This document shows, piece by piece, positions 13,892-24,300 of a stretch of DNA of 64,000 nt. The translations under genes were made by a program, and so were the position numbers. The DNA is from Acidobacteriota bacterium. Lineage in GTDB: Bacteria; Acidobacteriota; CAIWXX01. The notes beneath the pieces are model-generated. The model ran no database searches and was not told where the DNA came from. It worked only from the letters and a program-made list of their open reading frames with translations. The DNA is taken from NCBI GenBank assembly GCA_040755995.1, contig JBFMAF010000028.1:32001-96000 (forward strand), in the 5' to 3' direction. Every line of letters begins with the position of its first letter. The first letter of the stretch is position 1.

Positions 13892-14188
13892 GAGACCTCC
13901 TCGGATGACTGGCCCCATTCTACACCCGCAGCCCAGGCTGGTGGGAAATTCGAAATCCGGCGGCTCCCACCCCGCTTCGGTTCACCCCGTACCCATTCCC
14001 GTGCTCTCGGTGTGCTTGTTCTCTCGCCGCTGGATGACCCCCGTGCGTTGTGCAACGGACGCGGGGACGCGGAGAAGCACGCAGCAACGTTTCACCGCGT
14101 CTCCGTGTCGCATCCCACCGCGAACCGCCCAATCTTGTGACCACTTACTTACTCCGATGCCGGAACAACCCTGAGATATAATGCCACC

Positions 14189-15277
14189 GTGCGCATTGCC
14201 TACTACATCTCGGGACACGGTTTCGGTCACGCCGTGCGTTCGTGCGTGGTGGCCGAGGCGCTGGCCGCTGAGCATGAGCTCTGGATGCTGTCGAGGGTGG
14301 ATGAGAGGTTCATACGGCGACTCCTGAGGCTGCCATACCACTACCGTTCCGTGGACCTGGACGTAGGTGTCATCCAGCCTGCGAGCATGTCGATCGACTT
14401 CGAACGTACTCTTGAAGCAGTGCGGCGGCTGGAGCGACGCAGGGAAGCGACGGTCGAGCAGGAGGCCGCTTGGCTGCGAGAAACGCGCGTGGACCGGGTT
14501 CTCGTTGACATTCCTCCACTCGCTTGCGTCGCCGCGCGGCGCGCCGGCATTCCATCGGCAGTCATCACCAACTTCACCTGGGACGACATCTACGCCCCTT
14601 ATCAGGAATTCGCCGACGGGTTCGCCGACGCGGCGCAGAGGCTGGCGTCGGAATACGCCGAGGCGGACCGGCTTTTCGCGCTTCCATTCGACACCCCCAT
14701 GCGTGCATTTGCCAGCCGCGTATCGTTCGGGCTTGTGGCACGCAGGGCCACGCTCGGTCGCGATGATGTTTGCAATCGCCTGAAGTTGGACGGCGCGAGG
14801 TATGCGCTTCTCTCATACGGTGGAATCGGCCTGGGCGATTTCGCTCCATATGCGTGGGACACGCCTCCAGGGTGGCGCCTTCTCAGCGTCGGGGGTGTGG
14901 AGGGTGACCGCGGTATCAGCGACGGCGTTCGAATCGTCGAGCCGGCCGAGATGGCAGCTGCCGGGATGGCCTATGCCGACCTCGTGGGAGCCGTGGATGC
15001 GGTGATCACCAAGCCGGGCTACGGCATCGTCAGCGACTGCATCGCTAATCGCACGCCGATGATTTACAGCGACCGGGGCCCCTTTGCGGAATACCCGCGC
15101 CTCGTCGAAGGAATCCGCCGGTATCTGCCAAGCGTCTTCCTGGAGCAGGATCGCATCAGGGCAGGCGCGATTCGGGACGCGCTGCTGGCGATCGAGGACG
15201 CGCCGTGGCCCGGCGAGAGAATCGAACCGCTCTCGCCCGGGGACATCCGGCTGGGATTGGCGGCCTTCCTGCAGTAG
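14189..15277 (+). CDS. GT-B glycosyltransferase-like protein (resembles L-arabinokinase N-terminal domain)
   Basis: YYISGHGFGHAVR, NFTWDDIY, DAVITKPGYGIVSDC, R..FAEYP.L. Confidence 0.8.
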   Translation: MRIAYYISGHGFGHAVRSCVVAEALAAEHELWMLSRVDERFIRRLLRLPYHYRSVDLDVGVIQPASMSIDFERTLEAVRRLERRREATVEQEAAWLRETRVDRVLVDIPPLACVAARRAGIPSAVITNFTWDDIYAPYQEFADGFADAAQRLASEYAEADRLFALPFDTPMRAFASRVSFGLVARRATLGRDDVCNRLKLDGARYALLSYGGIGLGDFAPYAWDTPPGWRLLSVGGVEGDRGISDGVRIVEPAEMAAAGMAYADLVGAVDAVITKPGYGIVSDCIANRTPMIYSDRGPFAEYPRLVEGIRRYLPSVFLEQDRIRAGAIRDALLAIEDAPWPGERIEPLSPGDIRLGLAAFLQ

Positions 15278-15288
15278 CCGCACGCCCC

Positions 15289-15360
15289 GTGTATCCCGAA
15301 CTCATTCGCATCGGCACGTTCTCAATCGATAGCTACGGCTTCATGGCGGCGCTGGAGGCT
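15289..15360 (+). pseudogene. lgt: N-terminal fragment of prolipoprotein diacylglyceryl transferase
   Basis: GTG-YPELIRIGTFSIDSYGFMAAL matches the typical Lgt N-terminus, then similarity stops. Confidence 0.6.
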
Positions 15361-15417
15361 GCGCCACGCATCTTCAATCTGACGAAGACGAAAGGCGCAC
15401 CGGAGCCGCTTCCGCGG

Positions 15418-16014
15418 CTAGCCGTGCATCGCTGGGTGACTCGTGGCTTCTCGCTGCTTTCGCTTCTTGCGTCTGTACATAGTGGTATAAGAAATGCCGA
15501 TGATGATGCAGGACAGGCTGAGATAGAAGTAGAAACGATCTGGTAGGGCGACGGGAAAGGAGAGCCGGAAGGCGTTGAAAGCCGTCGGGACCAGAAGCAG
15601 CGTTCCCCAGAAAACGGTGATGAACCGGCAGCCGAGAATGAGACCTTCATCGTGCCATCGTTCTTGCGGCAGGTCGGCTCGTGCATACTGCAGCGCGAAC
15701 GGTTTGCCTATCAGCACCGTGAACCAGATAACACCGGCCAGAAAGCAGTTTGCGATGATTCCCATGTGCTTGGCCAGCCAGATCCACCTGAAGCCGTAGA
15801 GTGATGTTGCGCAGAAAAGGAAGAACGCCAGGGTGGCCCACTGCAAGATGAAGCCCATGCGCAGCGCCTTCAATGCGAAGATGACGGATGCAGCCAGGCA
15901 TATCACGACTGCTCTCCGCAACGGATCCCAGCCATCGGTTGGCAGAAGCAGAAACAGAATCCAGGGCAGGAATCCAAGCATGAATTTCGCGATATCCACT
16001 AATTCGCCGATCAT
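15418..16014 (-). CDS. Hypothetical multi-pass membrane protein (integron gene cassette)
   Basis: Hydrophobic helices, GKPFALQYAR motif, lower GC; RBS AAGGAG lies just after the attC core GTTAGGC. Confidence 0.8.
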   Translation of the reverse strand: MIGELVDIAKFMLGFLPWILFLLLPTDGWDPLRRAVVICLAASVIFALKALRMGFILQWATLAFFLFCATSLYGFRWIWLAKHMGIIANCFLAGVIWFTVLIGKPFALQYARADLPQERWHDEGLILGCRFITVFWGTLLLVPTAFNAFRLSFPVALPDRFYFYLSLSCIIIGISYTTMYRRKKRKQREATSHPAMHG

Positions 16015-16040
16015 TTCGTATCTCCTTGTTCGTACCTGAA

Positions 16041-16100
16041 GCCTAACGATCGGCTCCAGCGGCGGTGCGCAGTGTCGTCCGCTGCAACCCGTGGCCAGGC
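16041..16100 (-). mobile_element. Integron attC site
   Basis: Minus strand GCCTGGC-CACGGGTTGCAGCGGACGAC...CCGCCGCTGGAGCCGATC-GTTAGGC; imperfect palindrome with canonical GTTRRRY and a degenerate R''. Confidence 0.75.
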
Positions 16101-16354
16101 GATTTCTCTGTTAGCTGTGGATCCGTACCTGGCACCGCGAGACCCTGAGTCATCGTCCGTGTGTGCGCTCCCACGCGCCGGACATAGCGGGCGCCGCCCC
16201 GATTTCGACTACGCCCCGCCATCGGTAGGTGGACGGCCAGGTGCGAAACGTGCGCACCACGCGCGTGAAGAGCTCCATGCTCAGGGGCAGACCGGAGGGC
16301 TTCCAGTGCTCGGTGACGTCAGGCTCGACGGCGACTCGGCGACCCTCGCCCGAC

Positions 16355-16450
16355 ACGTCAATAGGTAGTCCATCTGGTTGAGCGTGGCAACAGCAATATG
16401 AGCTGCATCCCGTACAGCACTAGGCGGTACGGCACCGCTTTTCATGATCC
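16355..16450 (-). pseudogene. PIN-domain (VapC-like) toxin fragment
   Basis: Minus frame IMKSGAVPPSAVRDAAHIAVATLNQMDYLLT is a typical PIN C-terminal motif. Confidence 0.65.
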
Positions 16451-16459
16451 TCGCTGCAA

Positions 16460-16517
16460 GGCCGGCGACAGGCGGCGAAGCCGGCTGTTGACAGTCCGGT
16501 GCATGGGCGTGTTCGGC
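16460..16517 (-). mobile_element. Truncated attC site (R'' and left arm retained)
   Basis: Minus strand GCCGAACACGCCCATGCACCGGACTGTCAACAGCCGGCTTCGCCGCCTGTCGCCGGCC, 18 bp after the antitoxin stop. Confidence 0.65.
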
Positions 16518-16534
16518 ACCAGTCTCCCGCTCGC

Positions 16535-16882
16535 TTACGCCGCTCGTAGTAGGAACTCTACCTTCACGGCGTCGAACGGAAACTCGATGCGCCGATCGGA
16601 TGCCCGGGTCAGCACCCCTGCCTGCAAGAGCGCCGTTATGTCGCCATGAACGGCCTTCACATCACGGCGGACCCGCCGCGCGGCTTCACGAATAGACACT
16701 GGCCCAGCGCCGCGAAGGACCTTAAGTAGCTCCCAGCGCTTCGCGGTCAGCACCTTCCAGAGCAGCTCGGGGGTCGCGAAGGCAATGCGCGATTCGCGCT
16801 CCGCGCGCCCAGTCCTCATGGCGCGGGCAACATCGGCCAGTGTCTCCTTGAGAGAGCGTACTTCAAGAACGACCATGTTCAT
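16535..16882 (-). CDS. HTH antitoxin / transcriptional regulator (TumA / HVO_A0114-like)
   Basis: FATPELLWKVLTAKRWELL...GPVSIREAARRV.RDVKAVH.D; overlaps the upstream toxin gene. Confidence 0.8.
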   Translation of the reverse strand: MNMVVLEVRSLKETLADVARAMRTGRAERESRIAFATPELLWKVLTAKRWELLKVLRGAGPVSIREAARRVRRDVKAVHGDITALLQAGVLTRASDRRIEFPFDAVKVEFLLRAA

Positions 16883-17159
16883 GGTTCCACCTCGCGACAT
16901 CAGCTTCAAAGTCAGCCATCAGTTGGTCGGGCGTAGAGAAGGCGTAAGGTTCCTCCGTTGTTTCAGTGTGCCGGTGATCACCCTTTTCGCGTTCATTGTC
17001 GTAACGCAGCACGCACCGCTCTTCGATCACGTACGCCAGGCGGTACTTGAACAAGTGCGTTGAGGGCGGAACCGGGCCCGGAACATACCAGATCACCACT
17101 TCGACGAATGCATCGGCAGCGACGACTACCCGGCGACGAACCAGGGCTACAGCCTTCAC
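16863..17159 (-). CDS. DUF6516 (TumE-like) toxin
   Basis: VIW.VP.PVP.S.H.FKYRLAY....CVLRYDNE..KGDHRH motif; own promoter upstream. Confidence 0.8.
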   Translation of the reverse strand: MKAVALVRRRVVVAADAFVEVVIWYVPGPVPPSTHLFKYRLAYVIEERCVLRYDNEREKGDHRHTETTEEPYAFSTPDQLMADFEADVARWNHEHGRS

Positions 17160-17208
17160 GTTGGAGAGCATACCAACACACAGAGCATGTTGTCAATTGC
17201 TCCAACAT
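17160..17208 (-). promoter_or_regulatory. sigma70 promoter with inverted-repeat operator for the TA cassette
   Basis: TTGACA (17196-17191) N18 TATGCT (17172-17167), flanked by GTTGGAG...CTCCAAC inverted repeat. Confidence 0.65.
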
Positions 17209-17229
17209 ACCACTGCTCACCCTGCTGGT

Positions 17230-17295
17230 GCCGAACGCTGGCCTTCAGCCGCGGCGCGTCTTTGTGCGCCGTCGGCTGGAAGGCCGTTGTTCGGC
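17230..17295 (-). mobile_element. Integron attC site (intact-looking)
   Basis: GCCGAAC-AACGGCCTTCCAGCCGACGGCGCACAAAGACGCGCCGCGGCTGAAGGCCAGC-GTTCGGC; 66-bp palindrome with extrahelical bases. Confidence 0.85.
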
Positions 17296-17484
17296 CTGAC
17301 CGACGGCACGACGTCTCGCTACCAGCTTCCAGAACTCCTCGTGCGGGATCGGGTTACCGCTGCCGCGCGACTCCTCCAGGATACTGCGGAAGATTGGGTT
17401 GTGTGCCAGCAGAAAACGCTCCTGGTCGTCGGGATCTTGCGGCACCGGCACGACCGCAACGAACGTCGGCTTCCTCTTCGCCAT
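17245..17484 (-). pseudogene. Collapsed toxin-antitoxin cassette (short N-terminus joined to an antitoxin-like C-terminal half)
   Basis: DPDDQERFLLAHNPIFRSILEESR....IPHEEFW resembles antitoxin C-termini; promoter TTGATT-N17-CATAAT with TGACC/GGTCA inverted repeat at 17493-17521. Confidence 0.5.
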
Positions 17485-17900
17485 CCAGCAGCATTATGAC
17501 CATAAGTTCGGTCAGAATCAAGAAGACGGTGGGGCTTGCAACATCCGCTTCGACCCTGCTGGAGGGCGTGGAAACGACATCTTGCCATTCACTCAACCCA
17601 CGAATTCTGCCGAAGACCCACTATTCATTTCGAGTTCCCAGCAGCAGTGAAGTCCGTAGACCTCTGCAGTCGAGTGCGTCCCGCAACAGGACCCACCTGA
17701 GGCGACACCACTTCGGCAATCCGCATCAGGGACAGGCCAAGAATGTGGGATGGCGGAACGGTATAGTCAAGCCCCAAGCCGGACACTCCCAAGGGCTCGC
17801 TCGGATAGCGACGCCGCGTGTAGCGCATGCGCAGCGCGGCCGATTGAGCGGTGAAAACCGTACGGACGTCATCCGCGCTGGACGGCCGAGGGCCTCCTCT

Positions 17901-18884
17901 TCACAGCATCCCCTTCTCACTCATCCACTCGTCGTTGAAGATCGTGCTGAGGTAGCGCGTAGCGCCGTCTGCAAACAGGGTGGCGATGCGCGCCGGCCTG
18001 TCGATCTCTCGGGCGAGCCGCAGCACGCCGGCCATCACGGCGCCGCTGGAGCCGCCCACGAGCAGCCCCTCCCTCCGCGCCAGCTCCCTCGTGTGATGAA
18101 ACGCCTCCTTGTCCGAGATCTGGTACATGTCGTCGATCAGCTCCCACTCGACGCAATTAATGATGAATTCGTCGCCAAGCCCCTCGGTCAGGTACGGCGA
18201 CGGCTCGACCCGCTCTCTGTGATAGAAGTAGTGCGTGAACACGGATCCCACGGTGTCTACGCCGATGACCTTGATCTTCGGGTTCCTTTCCTTGAGGTAC
18301 CGCGAGACGCCTGATATCGTGCCGCCGGTGCCTACTCCGGCCACGAAGTAGTCGATCTCGCCGTCCATCTGTTCCCAGATCTCGGGACCGGTCGCGGCGT
18401 AGTGCGCTTCGTTGTTCTCACGGTTGTTGTGCTGATCGGGAAAGTATGAGTTCGGTGTTTCTTTCACGATGCGCGGGGCGACGTTGTTGTAGCTGTCGGG
18501 GGATTCCGGAGGCAACGTGCTGTCGACGAAGTGGATCTCGGCACCAAGCGCCCTCAGCGAGTTCACCTTCTCCTTGCTCGTGCGGTCTCGAACGATGACC
18601 TTAAGCTTGTAACCCTTCTGGATGGCGACAAGAGCCAGTCCCAGAGCGGTGTTGCCGGAGGAGCTCTCGACGATGGTATCGCCCGGCTTGATCCTCCCCT
18701 CCCGCTCCGCCTTCTCGATCATGTAGCGCGCGATGCGGTCCTTGCTGCTGCCCATCGGATTCACGAACTCCAGCTTCGCGTAGACCTCGCTCTTGAGCCC
18801 CTCCGTGATCCATTTGAGCCTCACCATGGGCGTGTTCCCCACGGCGTCAAGAAGGCTCGTGTAGCATCGCTTCCCGTCCATCAT
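17901..18884 (-). CDS. PLP-dependent cysteine synthase / cystathionine beta-synthase family protein
   Basis: VGNTPMV, KLEFVNPMGSSKDR, ESSSGNT, GVGTGGT, EGLG, GGSSG. Confidence 0.93.
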   Translation of the reverse strand: MMDGKRCYTSLLDAVGNTPMVRLKWITEGLKSEVYAKLEFVNPMGSSKDRIARYMIEKAEREGRIKPGDTIVESSSGNTALGLALVAIQKGYKLKVIVRDRTSKEKVNSLRALGAEIHFVDSTLPPESPDSYNNVAPRIVKETPNSYFPDQHNNRENNEAHYAATGPEIWEQMDGEIDYFVAGVGTGGTISGVSRYLKERNPKIKVIGVDTVGSVFTHYFYHRERVEPSPYLTEGLGDEFIINCVEWELIDDMYQISDKEAFHHTRELARREGLLVGGSSGAVMAGVLRLAREIDRPARIATLFADGATRYLSTIFNDEWMSEKGML

Positions 18885-18937
18885 CGTTTCTCCTTACCCA
18901 TCAAAGAGCCGTCATTCTATAATATCATCGGAGGTGG

Positions 18938-20449
18938 ATGATGCGCATGCGACCGAAACGCTCCCTGATCGCTCTCGTGGCTTTCCTCGCCGTTGCGGCC
19001 GGCGTCCTGTCTCTGGGGCGGGGACATTGGCCGATCGACACCGCGCCCGGCCTCTCGTGGGCGCAGGCCGACGACACCGACGTGCGCCTCACGGGCGCTT
19101 TCCGGGAGGAAAGAGGCGGCTGGACATTCGTCCACATCCAGGGGGAGCCGGGTGTCCGCGGCTACCAATACGGTTACCTCATGGCGCCGGAGATCGACCA
19201 GTTCATCAGGTTCATGAAGGTCTACCTGGAGAAGAACACGGGCAAGAACTGGAGCTACTTCCGGGACGAAACGAAGCGCTTGTTCGGGAGCAAGATCGAG
19301 ATCGAGTACCGGCAAGAGATCGCCGGAATCGCGAAAGGGCTCCAGGCTCGCGGGATGGCGGAAGACGCGCTGGACGTCATGACGACCAACGCGTTCTTCG
19401 AGCTGCTGGGCGCCCTGGAAGAGAGCGAGCGCCGGCAGGGTTTGGCGCCTTCCATGTTTTCGCGCCTCCGCCACATGCGATGCTCCGCTTTCGTCGCCAC
19501 AGGCGAATGGACGAATGACGGGAAGGTGGTCATGGCGCACAACTCGTGGGACGACTACGTCCTGGGACAGCACTGGAACGTGGTCCTTGACGTCAAGCCC
19601 TCCCGGGGACAGCGCATCCTCCTGGAGACAGCACCCGGCCTCATCCACAGCGGCACCGACTTCGCCATCAACTCGGCCGGCATCTGCATCACCGAAACGA
19701 CGATCGGGTTCTTCTCCGGGTTCGACGAGAACGGCCTTCCCGAGTTCATGAGGGCGCGCAAGGCGGCCCAGTACAGCAGGAGCCTGTATGATTTCGTCAG
19801 AATCATGAGCAGAGGCAACAACGGCGGCTACGCCAACACATGGCTCATCGCCGACATCAAGACCAACGAGATCGGCAAGCTGGAGCTGGGCCTCCTGAAC
19901 GTGACCTTCTCCCGCTCGAGAACGGGCTACTACGACGGCGAGAACTACGTGGACGATTCGAAGATGATCCGCGAGGAGTGCGGCCCGACGCTCTGGGGCA
20001 CGCTGGGCAACTGGCCCGACGATCTCGACGGCGCCAACTGCGTGACCGCCCGGCGGCTGAGGTGGCATGCGCTGATGGCCGAGCACAAGGGACGGATCGA
20101 CGCGGATCTCGCAAAAGCGTTCCTGGCGGACCAATTCGAGCAGAAGATCGGGAGGGTCAACCCGGGAGGCATGGTACTCATGGCGCGCATGGAAATCACG
20201 GATGTGCCGGAAATCCCCGGCGCTCCCGCTCCGAGACCCTTCGGCGCCAACGACGGCAAGGTCGTCACGGCAGAGCTCGCGAAGAAGATGAGCTTCTGGG
20301 TCCGCCTCGGACATCCAGACGGATCAGCGTTCGCCTTCGGCCCGTTCCTCCAACAGCACCCCGAATTCGCCTGGCAGGCGCCGTACCTCAAGGACCTCGT
20401 CGACCGCCCGTGGTCCCTGTTCAGGAGCAAGGACGCCCCGGGCAGCTGA
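18938..20449 (+). CDS. Secreted C45 / phospholipase B-like Ntn hydrolase
   Basis: Signal peptide; RGYQYGYL; nucleophile motif CSAFVATG; AHNSW; ETTI; NNGGYANTWL. Confidence 0.85.
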   Translation: MMRMRPKRSLIALVAFLAVAAGVLSLGRGHWPIDTAPGLSWAQADDTDVRLTGAFREERGGWTFVHIQGEPGVRGYQYGYLMAPEIDQFIRFMKVYLEKNTGKNWSYFRDETKRLFGSKIEIEYRQEIAGIAKGLQARGMAEDALDVMTTNAFFELLGALEESERRQGLAPSMFSRLRHMRCSAFVATGEWTNDGKVVMAHNSWDDYVLGQHWNVVLDVKPSRGQRILLETAPGLIHSGTDFAINSAGICITETTIGFFSGFDENGLPEFMRARKAAQYSRSLYDFVRIMSRGNNGGYANTWLIADIKTNEIGKLELGLLNVTFSRSRTGYYDGENYVDDSKMIREECGPTLWGTLGNWPDDLDGANCVTARRLRWHALMAEHKGRIDADLAKAFLADQFEQKIGRVNPGGMVLMARMEITDVPEIPGAPAPRPFGANDGKVVTAELAKKMSFWVRLGHPDGSAFAFGPFLQQHPEFAWQAPYLKDLVDRPWSLFRSKDAPGS

Positions 20450-20462
20450 GAGATACTCCCGG

Positions 20463-21353
20463 CTACTCCTCGCCGAGCAGCCGCCGCTGGGCGTGGAGCG
20501 AGGCCGAGGAGTAGGCAGGCGTGATCGCGTCCAGGAAGCGATCGGCGCCGCGCCAGAATGGGAAGGCGCCGAGGCGTCGAGGGAGCGCGGCAGCCATCGG
20601 CGGGATATGAACCTCGCCCAGCCAGCCGGTAGGGAAATCCGCACCGTGCCAGAAAGCAGCGGGAGTCGCGTCGAGCGGCTCGCCGGCCGCTTCCGACTTA
20701 TCTACGGCTGTAGTAACCTGCGCCTCCTCCGCCGCAGCCTGCGCGCGGCCGAGCCCCGCCGTCAAGTGCTCGCGTTCGACCCCGCGCAGCTTGAAGATCA
20801 GAAACGGGTCGCGGTCGAACTCCTCGCCCAACAGGTAGTACACCGCGGCGATGTGCTTGCAGGGATTGGACCAGTCAGGGCAGGAGCACTGCGTATCGAG
20901 ATCGTTGAGCCGCTCGGGGAACAGCGACATGCCAGCCCCTGTGAGAGCGCTCTCGACGTCCTTCGGCATCTCGCCTGCCAGCAGCTTCGCGGCGAAGATG
21001 GCCTGTTGCGAGATCGCTCTCATCAGCTTCGCCCTTTCGGCCTCTTTCATCGTCTTCACTTTGATCTTGACGCTGTAAGGCTTTGGGCGTGAGCCCTGGA
21101 CCTGCGCGGTGACGCCGCCTGCCTGGAGGTCTATGGACAGCACCTGTCCGCTGCGTGCGTATGATCGGCCGCGGTGCAGCCGCGCGCCTATGTCGAAGCC
21201 CTCCAGCACCTCGATCCACCGCTTCGCCCACCAGCTCTCGGCGAACTCACCGCGCTTCGCCTGAGCCTTGATTCCGCCCTTCGCCTCAATCGGGACGGAT
21301 CGCGGGTAGAAGTCGGAGTAGTCATACCTGCGACGGCGCCTCCACCATGCCAT
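20463..21353 (-). CDS. SWIM zinc-finger protein
   Basis: WWAKRWIEVLE, RGRSYARSGQV, VQGSRPKPY, CSCPDWSNPCKH, FDRDPFLIFKLRG. Confidence 0.92.
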   Translation of the reverse strand: MAWWRRRRRYDYSDFYPRSVPIEAKGGIKAQAKRGEFAESWWAKRWIEVLEGFDIGARLHRGRSYARSGQVLSIDLQAGGVTAQVQGSRPKPYSVKIKVKTMKEAERAKLMRAISQQAIFAAKLLAGEMPKDVESALTGAGMSLFPERLNDLDTQCSCPDWSNPCKHIAAVYYLLGEEFDRDPFLIFKLRGVEREHLTAGLGRAQAAAEEAQVTTAVDKSEAAGEPLDATPAAFWHGADFPTGWLGEVHIPPMAAALPRRLGAFPFWRGADRFLDAITPAYSSASLHAQRRLLGEE

Positions 21354-21387
21354 ACTCAGCCCTCACTCTTCCGAATCGATCATCGTC

Positions 21388-24300
21388 TTACTCCTGGACC
21401 GCCTCGTCGCGCAGCGCGAAGAGCTCCTTGAGCTCACTCGTGCTGAGCTCCGTCAGCCACCCCTCCCCAGTCCCGACCACCCGGGCCGAGATCTCGCTCT
21501 TCCGCTCGATCATCTCGTCTATTCTCTCTTCCACGGTTCCCTGGCAGATGAACTTGTGCACCTGCACGTTGCGGGTCTGGCCGATCCTGAATGCACGGTC
21601 AGTCGCCTGGTTTTCAACGGCCGGGTTCCACCAGCGGTCGAAATGGAAGACGTGGCTGGCGCGGGTGAGATTCAGGCCGGTGCCGCCCGCCTTCAGCGAA
21701 AGCAGGAACACAGGCGGCGCCTCGCCGTCGCCCTGGAAGCGCGCGACCATGGCGTCGCGCTGCTTCTTCGGCGTCGCGCCGTGCAAGAACAGGATCTCGC
21801 GGCCGAAGGTCTCCTGCAGGTACCGCTGCAAGATCGCACCCATCTCGGCGAACTGCGTGAAGACGAGGGCGCAATCGCCCGCGAGGATCATCTCGTCGAG
21901 CATCTCCGTGAGGCGGGCGAGCTTGCCTGAGCGTCCGGGTATCTGGCTGCCGTCGCCGAGGAGCTGAGCGGGATGGTTGCATGCCTGCTTGAGCTTCATG
22001 AGCGTCGCCAGCACCAGCCCCTTCCTCTGGATACCCTCGGCTCCATCCAGCTCCTGCTCCGCATCCCTCACCACCGCGGCGTAGAGCGATGCCTGCTCCT
22101 TCGTCAGCGGGCAGTAGACCTTCATCTCCAGCTTGTCCGGCAGATCCGCGATCACCGTCTTGTCGGTCTTCAGCCGTCTCAGGATGAACGGCCCGGTGAG
22201 GCGCTTCAGGCGCTCGACTGCATGCGGGTCCTTGTCAACCTGGATAGGAAGGAAGAACCGCCGCTTGAAGTCGCTGTTCGTGCCGAGATAGCCGGGATTG
22301 AGAAACTCCATGATCGACCACAGATCGCCGACGTTGTTCTCGACCGGCGTACCCGTCAGCGCAATGCGACAGTCGGCCTGCAGCGAGCGGGCGCATCGCG
22401 CCTGTTTCGTCTCGGGGTTCTTGATGTTCTGCGCCTCGTCGAGCACGATCGCGCCCCACGCGACGTCTTTGAACAGGTCGAAGTCGCGGTGCAGAAGCGG
22501 ATAGCTGCTCACTACGAGAGCATGCCTGGCGGCCTGCTTTCGGAAGGCCGCGCCCCTCATGCGCTCGGTCCCGTGATGGACCAGGACGGGGAGATCCGGC
22601 GTGAAGCGCTCCGCTTCCTTCTGCCAGTTGCCGGTGACCGAGGTCGGGCAGATCAGCAGCACCGGGGCGCGCCGGTTCTCCCGCCAGTCTCGCTGGATCA
22701 ACGCGAGCACCTGGATGGTCTTGCCCAGACCCATGTCGTCGGCCAGGCACGCGCCCAGTCCCCAGCGGCGCAGGAAAGCGAGCCACGAGTACCCTCGGAG
22801 CTGGTACGGTCGCAGCCGCCCTTCGAACCCCTCGGGATGGCCGAACTCCGAGTACGGAGCGCTGCCGTCGAGCTGCGCCAACAACTCCCCGATCCAACCC
22901 TCCGCCACCGCACTCTGGATCTCGACACCCGCCACCGGCGCCGCGGCGCCGAGACCCATGCGCACGATGTCTCGCACGCGCATCTGTCCGCCGCCGTTCT
23001 TCCACAGGTCGACAGCGGCGCGGATCTGGTCTGCCGACAGTTGTACCCACTGCCCCCTGAGTCGCACGAGGGGCGCCTTGAGTTTCGCCAGCGCCTCCAG
23101 CTCGGCTCGTGAGAGTGTCGCGTCCCCCAGCGCCACCTCCCAATCGAAGCCCACAACCGCGTCCAGCGTGAGACCGCTCGGGCTCTTCAGCGGCGCGCCG
23201 GCGACGCGCGCACGCGCGGCAAGCCGCAGCTTCGTGCCTCTGCCGGTCCACCATGCTGGTGCCATCACGACGAAGCCGGACTGTTCGAGGGCGGCCGCCT
23301 TCTCCGTCAGGAACTCGGAGGCGCCGGCTGTGTCGAGGGGGTAGCCCGATGGTTCGGCCGCGTTGAGGCAAGCCTCTATGCGCGGGCAGATGCCGGCGGC
23401 CTGGCCCAGCGCCGCCAGCAGATACTCCCGTGGACTCGAATCGCCACGCGGAAGCAAGACGGTTCGCGCCGTGTGATCCTTCCATATGTCGGATGCTTCT
23501 ACGAGGAGGCTCGGGTCGGCCGCTGGCTGCAGCAGAAAGCGCACGAACCAGCTCGCCAGGTCTTCCCTCTTCCGCGCGGTACGTTTCGGCCGCCCCGGCG
23601 GCTCGGCGTCCGCGCGGCCGTCGGGTTCGGGCGGCTCCTCCAGCCGGAAGCACAGCTTGACGGGCGCCGCCTCGGTCATCTGCAGCGGCAAGCGCCATGA
23701 GCGGATATCGGCGGCCAGCTTCTCGATCTCGTCATGGCCGCCCAGCATGAATCCGTCATCTTCGTGCAGCGCGTGCATCCACTGATCGTGGGTGCTGTCG
23801 AAGATGCGCCTTCGCCTGGGAGCCGGCAGCGGGGGCAATGCGGCGGAAGGGAGTCCGGACCTGACGATGTGGTCCACGACCGAGGTGAGGAACGCTGTGA
23901 GGGCCGCCGAGGGTGAGGCAGGAGGCACCTCCGGGTCGCTCGTGAGCGCGCGGGCCGAGTGGGGCATGACCGCTGCGAGTTTCTGCAAGCGATCGGCGTC
24001 GACCCCTCCGACTACCGGTTCCCATCGCGCGTACCAGCCGTCTTCCAGCCTCGCAAGGCCCGGCAAGAACTGCTGGCGTGCGACGAGCGCGGAGGCGAAT
24101 CGGAGCGCACCAGCCCAGAATCGCAGGTCGCGAGCGATGAGAACCCCCGGGCCGAGCGTCTCGCGATCAAGGCACTCGCCGAGGAGTTGCGTGGCCTGCG
24201 TTGGCGAGAGCCTCAAAGCCTCCACTGTCCACTTCGACATCACGATCTCCGAGCCCTCCTGCGGCGGCTCCGCCACCAGCGGTGTGGATGCGATGGGCCG

